Of a stretch of 27,624 nt of DNA, positions 24,501 through 27,624 are shown in pieces; the stretch's first letter is position 1; every line of letters starts with the position of its first letter. The notes beneath the pieces are model-generated. The model saw only the letters and a list, made by a program, of their open reading frames with translations, was not told the DNA's origin and did no database searches. The translations under genes and the position numbers were made by a program. The stretch comes from Candidatus Fraserbacteria bacterium (lineage in GTDB: Bacteria > Bipolaricaulota > Bipolaricaulia > RBG-16-55-9 > JANLFV01), in the NCBI GenBank assembly GCA_037446135.1, contig JBBIJD010000016.1, positions 1 to 27,624 on the forward strand, written 5' to 3'.

Positions 24501-25412
24501 ATGCTGCGAGTAGGTCGGCGGTTTCGCGGAGAGCGGCTCATATCAGTCCTCCTCTTCCTCCCCTCTGTCGTCCTTGTCGGGCTCTTCGTCTACGGCTTCA
24601 TCGGCTGGACCGGCTTGGTCTCGTTGAGCAACTGGAATAAGCTCTCGCCGGACTACACCCTGGTCGGGTTTCGCAATTACCTCGAGCTCTTCGGTCACTT
24701 CCGCTTCCAGATTGACATGCGCAACCTCGCGGTCTTCACCGCTCTCTTCGTCGCCACCTCGCTCTTGCTGGGCTTCCTGCTCGCGATCCTCCTGGATCAG
24801 CGGATCAGGGGGGAGGGGTTCTTTCGCACCATCTACCTCTATCCGATGTCCCTCTCCTTCGTCGTCACGGGGGTGGTCTGGCGCTGGCTCCTCAACCCCG
24901 GTTCGCCCCAGATGGGGAGCGCGGGGATCAATCAGCTCCTCGAGCGGCTCGGGCTCGGCTCACTCAAGTCCGGATGGTATACTGACCCGAAGATCGGGAT
25001 CATCGCCGTAGCCATCGCCGCGATCTGGCAGATGTCCGGATATGTGATGGCCCTGTATCTGGCCGGGCTGAGGTCCGTCCCTGAGGAGCTAAGGGAAGCA
25101 GCACGGGTTGACGGGGCAAGTGAACTCCAGATCTACCGCCATGTGGTTCTACCGTTTCTCCGGCCGATCACCTTGGGAGCGGTGATCATCCTAGGCCACA
25201 TCTCTCTCAAGGTTTACGACCTAGTGGTGGCCATGACCGGTCCTGGGACCGGCTTCAGTTGCGATGTCCCAGCCTACTTCATGTGGGAATCGGCCTTCCA
25301 TGCCAACCGCTTCGCCCGCGGCGGGGCCATCGCGGTCGTCCTCCTGGTGATGGTCTCGCTCCTCATCGTCCCTTACCTCATCTACAGTCTCCGCCGGGAG
25401 GCACGGGTATGA
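24501..25412 (+). CDS. Carbohydrate ABC permease (glucose/mannose type, GtsB-like)
   Basis: LLDQRIRGEGFFRTIYLYPMSLSFVVTGVVWRWLLNP, WQMSGYVMALYLAGLR and ELREAARVDGA. Confidence 0.92.
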   Translation: MLRVGRRFRGERLISVLLFLPSVVLVGLFVYGFIGWTGLVSLSNWNKLSPDYTLVGFRNYLELFGHFRFQIDMRNLAVFTALFVATSLLLGFLLAILLDQRIRGEGFFRTIYLYPMSLSFVVTGVVWRWLLNPGSPQMGSAGINQLLERLGLGSLKSGWYTDPKIGIIAVAIAAIWQMSGYVMALYLAGLRSVPEELREAARVDGASELQIYRHVVLPFLRPITLGAVIILGHISLKVYDLVVAMTGPGTGFSCDVPAYFMWESAFHANRFARGGAIAVVLLVMVSLLIVPYLIYSLRREARV

Positions 25413-26260
25413 CCGCGATTCGCAGGCCGAGCGGGGTGCGCATCTTGATCTACTTCGTATTGGTCGGCTTTGCAGTCTTCTACCTCATCCCGGTCTATGT
25501 CTTGGTAGTCACCGGGCTGAAGAGCTTCGAGGAAGCCAGCCCATTCCGGATGTGGGAGCTCCCTTCCAATCCCTCGCTCGAGGCCTTTAGGAAGGCCCTC
25601 TTCGGGGGCTTCGGGTTCGAGGGGATCGGGGCGAACCTCCGGAATAGCCTGATGATCACGATCCCGGCCGTATTGGGCTCAGCCCTGCTCGGCTCGCTCA
25701 ACGGCTATGTCCTCACCAAGTGGCGGTTCCGCGGGGCGAATACCTTGTTCACCCTCATGCTCTTCGGGATGTTCATCCCTTACCAGAGCGTGCTGATCCC
25801 GCTGGTCCAGACCCTCATGAAGCTCGGGCTTTACGGCTCGATCCCCGGCCTGATCCTCACTCACATCGTCTACGGGATCCCCATCACCACCCTCATCTTC
25901 CGGAACTATTACGCTACTATCCCCACCGAGCTGGTCGAGGCCGCCAAGGTCGATGGGGCCGGGATCCTCGGGATCTACCGCCGCGTGATCCTCCCCCTAT
26001 CTTGGCCGGGGTTCGTGGTCGTGATGATCTGGCAATTCACCTCGATCTGGAATGACTTCCTCTTCGCGGTCACCATCGCCCAAGACCCGCTCGTCCAGCC
26101 GGTCACGGTGGCCTTGAACAACCTGGCGGGGAGCTTCATCGTCGAGTGGAATGTCCAGATGGCCGGGGCCCTGCTCGCGGCCTTGCCTACCCTTCTGGTC
26201 TACATCTTCCTCGGGAGATACTTCATGCGCGGGCTCTTGGCTGGCTCGCTGAAGGGGTAG
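25409..26260 (+). CDS. Carbohydrate ABC permease (glucose/mannose type, GtsC-like)
   Basis: LNGYVLTKWRFRG, FIPYQ, FRNYY, ELVEAAKVDGA and IWQFTSIWNDFLF; start at ATG 25409 (ATGA overlap, GGGAGG SD). Confidence 0.92.
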   Translation: MTAIRRPSGVRILIYFVLVGFAVFYLIPVYVLVVTGLKSFEEASPFRMWELPSNPSLEAFRKALFGGFGFEGIGANLRNSLMITIPAVLGSALLGSLNGYVLTKWRFRGANTLFTLMLFGMFIPYQSVLIPLVQTLMKLGLYGSIPGLILTHIVYGIPITTLIFRNYYATIPTELVEAAKVDGAGILGIYRRVILPLSWPGFVVVMIWQFTSIWNDFLFAVTIAQDPLVQPVTVALNNLAGSFIVEWNVQMAGALLAALPTLLVYIFLGRYFMRGLLAGSLKG

Positions 26261-26265
26261 GGCTC

Positions 26266-27411
26266 ATGACTAAGGAGATCCGCATCGGTCTGATCGGCTA
26301 CAAGTTCATGGGGAAAGCCCACTCTAACGCCTACCGCCAGGTGAGCGCCTTCTTTGAGCCCCCACTCACTCCGAGACTGAAGGCCGTCGCCGGTCGGGAT
26401 GAGAAGGCGGTCCGAGAGTTCGCCGCCCATTTCGGCTGGGAGCGATACACGACCGACTGGCGCGAGGTCGTCGCCGACCCCGAGATCGACCTGGTGGACA
26501 TAGCCGCTCCCAATGACCTCCATGCTCCGATCGCCCTCGCTGCAGCGGAGGCCGGGAAGGCCATCTTCTGCGAGAAGCCCCTGGCCCGGGACCTCAGTGA
26601 GGCCCGAGAGATGCTCCGCGCTGTGGAGAGGGCCGGTGTCCCGCACATGGTCTGCTTTAACTATCGGTTCCTCCCCGCCGTCCGCTTGGCCAAGCGGTTG
26701 ATCGATGAAGGAGCGCTCGGAAGGGTCCGCCAGTTCCGGGCCATCTACCTCCAGGACTGGCTCAAGGACCCCGGCTTCCCCCTCCTCTGGCGGCTGCGGA
26801 AGGAGCAAGCCGGCTCAGGGGCCTTGGGAGATATTGCCGTCCACACCATCGACTTGGCCCGCTTCCTTGTGGGAGAGATTGCAGAAGTAACGGGTCTGGT
26901 CAAGACTTTTGTCAAAGAGCGCCCGCTCCCTGAAGAGGGCACCGGCATGGGCGAGGTGACAGTGGACGATGCGGCGGCCTTCCTCGGCCGTTTCGCCAAC
27001 GGCGCGACCGGCGTATTCGAGGCGACAAGGATGGCCCCCGGGAGGCGCAACTTCATCCATGTCGAGGTGAATGGGGAGCAGGGGAGCCTCTTTTGGAACG
27101 CTGAGGAGTTGAACTCCCTTTGGTTCTACTCGGAGGATGATCCCGGCCATACCTGGGGCTTCCGCCGGATTATCGCTACCGATCCTAATCACCCTTATGC
27201 CAAGGCCTGGTGGCCTCCGGGGCATCTCTTGGGCTATGAGCACAGCTTCGTTCATGCCATTGTCGAGCTCCTCGAGGCGCTCGCGGCGGGGCGGCCCCCC
27301 AGTCCGAGCTTCCTCGATGGCGTGCGGGCTCAAGCGGTCCTGGATGCAGTCCTCCGCTCGGCTGAAGAGCGGCGTTGGGTCGCGGTCCCCGAGGTCGAGG
27401 TCGGCGGATAA
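26266..27411 (+). CDS. Gfo/Idh/MocA family NAD(P)-dependent sugar oxidoreductase
   Basis: IGLIGYKFMGKAH, CEKPLA, FNYR, YLQDW, GSGALGDIAVHTIDLARFL, VDD and PSFLDG; start at the in-frame ATG 26266. Confidence 0.92.
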   Translation: MTKEIRIGLIGYKFMGKAHSNAYRQVSAFFEPPLTPRLKAVAGRDEKAVREFAAHFGWERYTTDWREVVADPEIDLVDIAAPNDLHAPIALAAAEAGKAIFCEKPLARDLSEAREMLRAVERAGVPHMVCFNYRFLPAVRLAKRLIDEGALGRVRQFRAIYLQDWLKDPGFPLLWRLRKEQAGSGALGDIAVHTIDLARFLVGEIAEVTGLVKTFVKERPLPEEGTGMGEVTVDDAAAFLGRFANGATGVFEATRMAPGRRNFIHVEVNGEQGSLFWNAEELNSLWFYSEDDPGHTWGFRRIIATDPNHPYAKAWWPPGHLLGYEHSFVHAIVELLEALAAGRPPSPSFLDGVRAQAVLDAVLRSAEERRWVAVPEVEVGG

Positions 27412-27491
27412 AGCCAGTTCGAGGATCGCTGCCGGTGCGCCCGCTCGAGAGGTCACCGCTGCTATCACCCAAATAGGGGACGAATGTCAGC

Positions 27492-27544
27492 TTGACTGAC
27501 GCCACCCCTTTGGTCTATAATAAACTTGCTTTGCCATAGACAAA
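27492..27544 (+). promoter_or_regulatory. Promoter with downstream imperfect palindrome (candidate IclR operator)
   Basis: TTGACT (27492-27497), 18 nt spacer, TATAAT (27516-27521). TTTGCCATAGACAAA (27530-27544) is an imperfect dyad. Confidence 0.6.
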
Positions 27545-27557
27545 AGGAGCGGTTGGA

Positions 27558-27624
27558 TTGGAGGAGCGGTATATCAATAAGTCTCTGCAGAAGGCTTTCT
27601 GCGTCCTCGACCTCTTCGGGCCGA
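27558..27624 (+). CDS. IclR family transcriptional regulator, N-terminus only (truncated by window end)
   Basis: AAAAGGAG SD and TTG 27558, reading MEERYINKSLQKAFCVLDLFGP; this fits the IclR N-terminal S-L-x-K/R-A-x-x-V/I-L-D pattern. It is not in the ORF track because it is partial. Confidence 0.6.
   Translation, partial: MEERYINKSLQKAFCVLDLFGP

Noticed and set aside
25259..26265. Extended starts for the last permease (25259) and the oxidoreductase (26146)
   Set aside because: Both overlap upstream genes; ATG 25409 and ATG 26266 match the family N-termini.
26200..27505. Minus-strand ORFs of 202, 217 and 106 aa
   Set aside because: They are antisense shadows of the Gfo/Idh/MocA gene with no motifs.

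Overview
GC-rich bacterial window in which every credible gene is on the + strand. It opens with a nearly complete, divergent 16S rRNA gene (1..~1547) that is not followed by a tRNA or 23S gene. The lineage looks deep-branching and probably thermophilic; Bipolaricaulota/Acetothermia (OP1) is my best guess but is not verified. Three carbohydrate modules follow. (1) An alpha-glucoside/trehalose block: YtcJ-type amidohydrolase, GalT-like nucleotidyltransferase, NDP-sugar pyrophosphorylase, divergent ROK repressor, AglEFG/GgtBCD-like ABC subunits, a single-domain glucosidase and TreT. (2) A peptidoglycan-recycling operon: GntR/HutC regulator, Opp/Dpp-type SBP plus two permeases, murQ, anmK, an AmiE-like serine hydrolase, nagA and nagB. 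(3) A hexose block: ROK kinase, a glucose-type SBP carrying an N-terminal LysM-like domain, two permeases, a levoglucosan-dehydrogenase-related Gfo/Idh/MocA enzyme and the start of an IclR-like gene. The most notable signals are: a repeated architecture around all three SBP genes (an extra upstream Shine-Dalgarno, with a micro-ORF ending GAG-TAA in two cases, and a downstream hairpin); a candidate Opp-type (anhydro)muropeptide importer; the LysM-SBP fusion; and compensated changes in the 16S central pseudoknot (U13A, U20C, A915G). No mobile elements, CRISPR arrays or tRNAs were seen. All family assignments come from motif recognition by eye, not from database searches.
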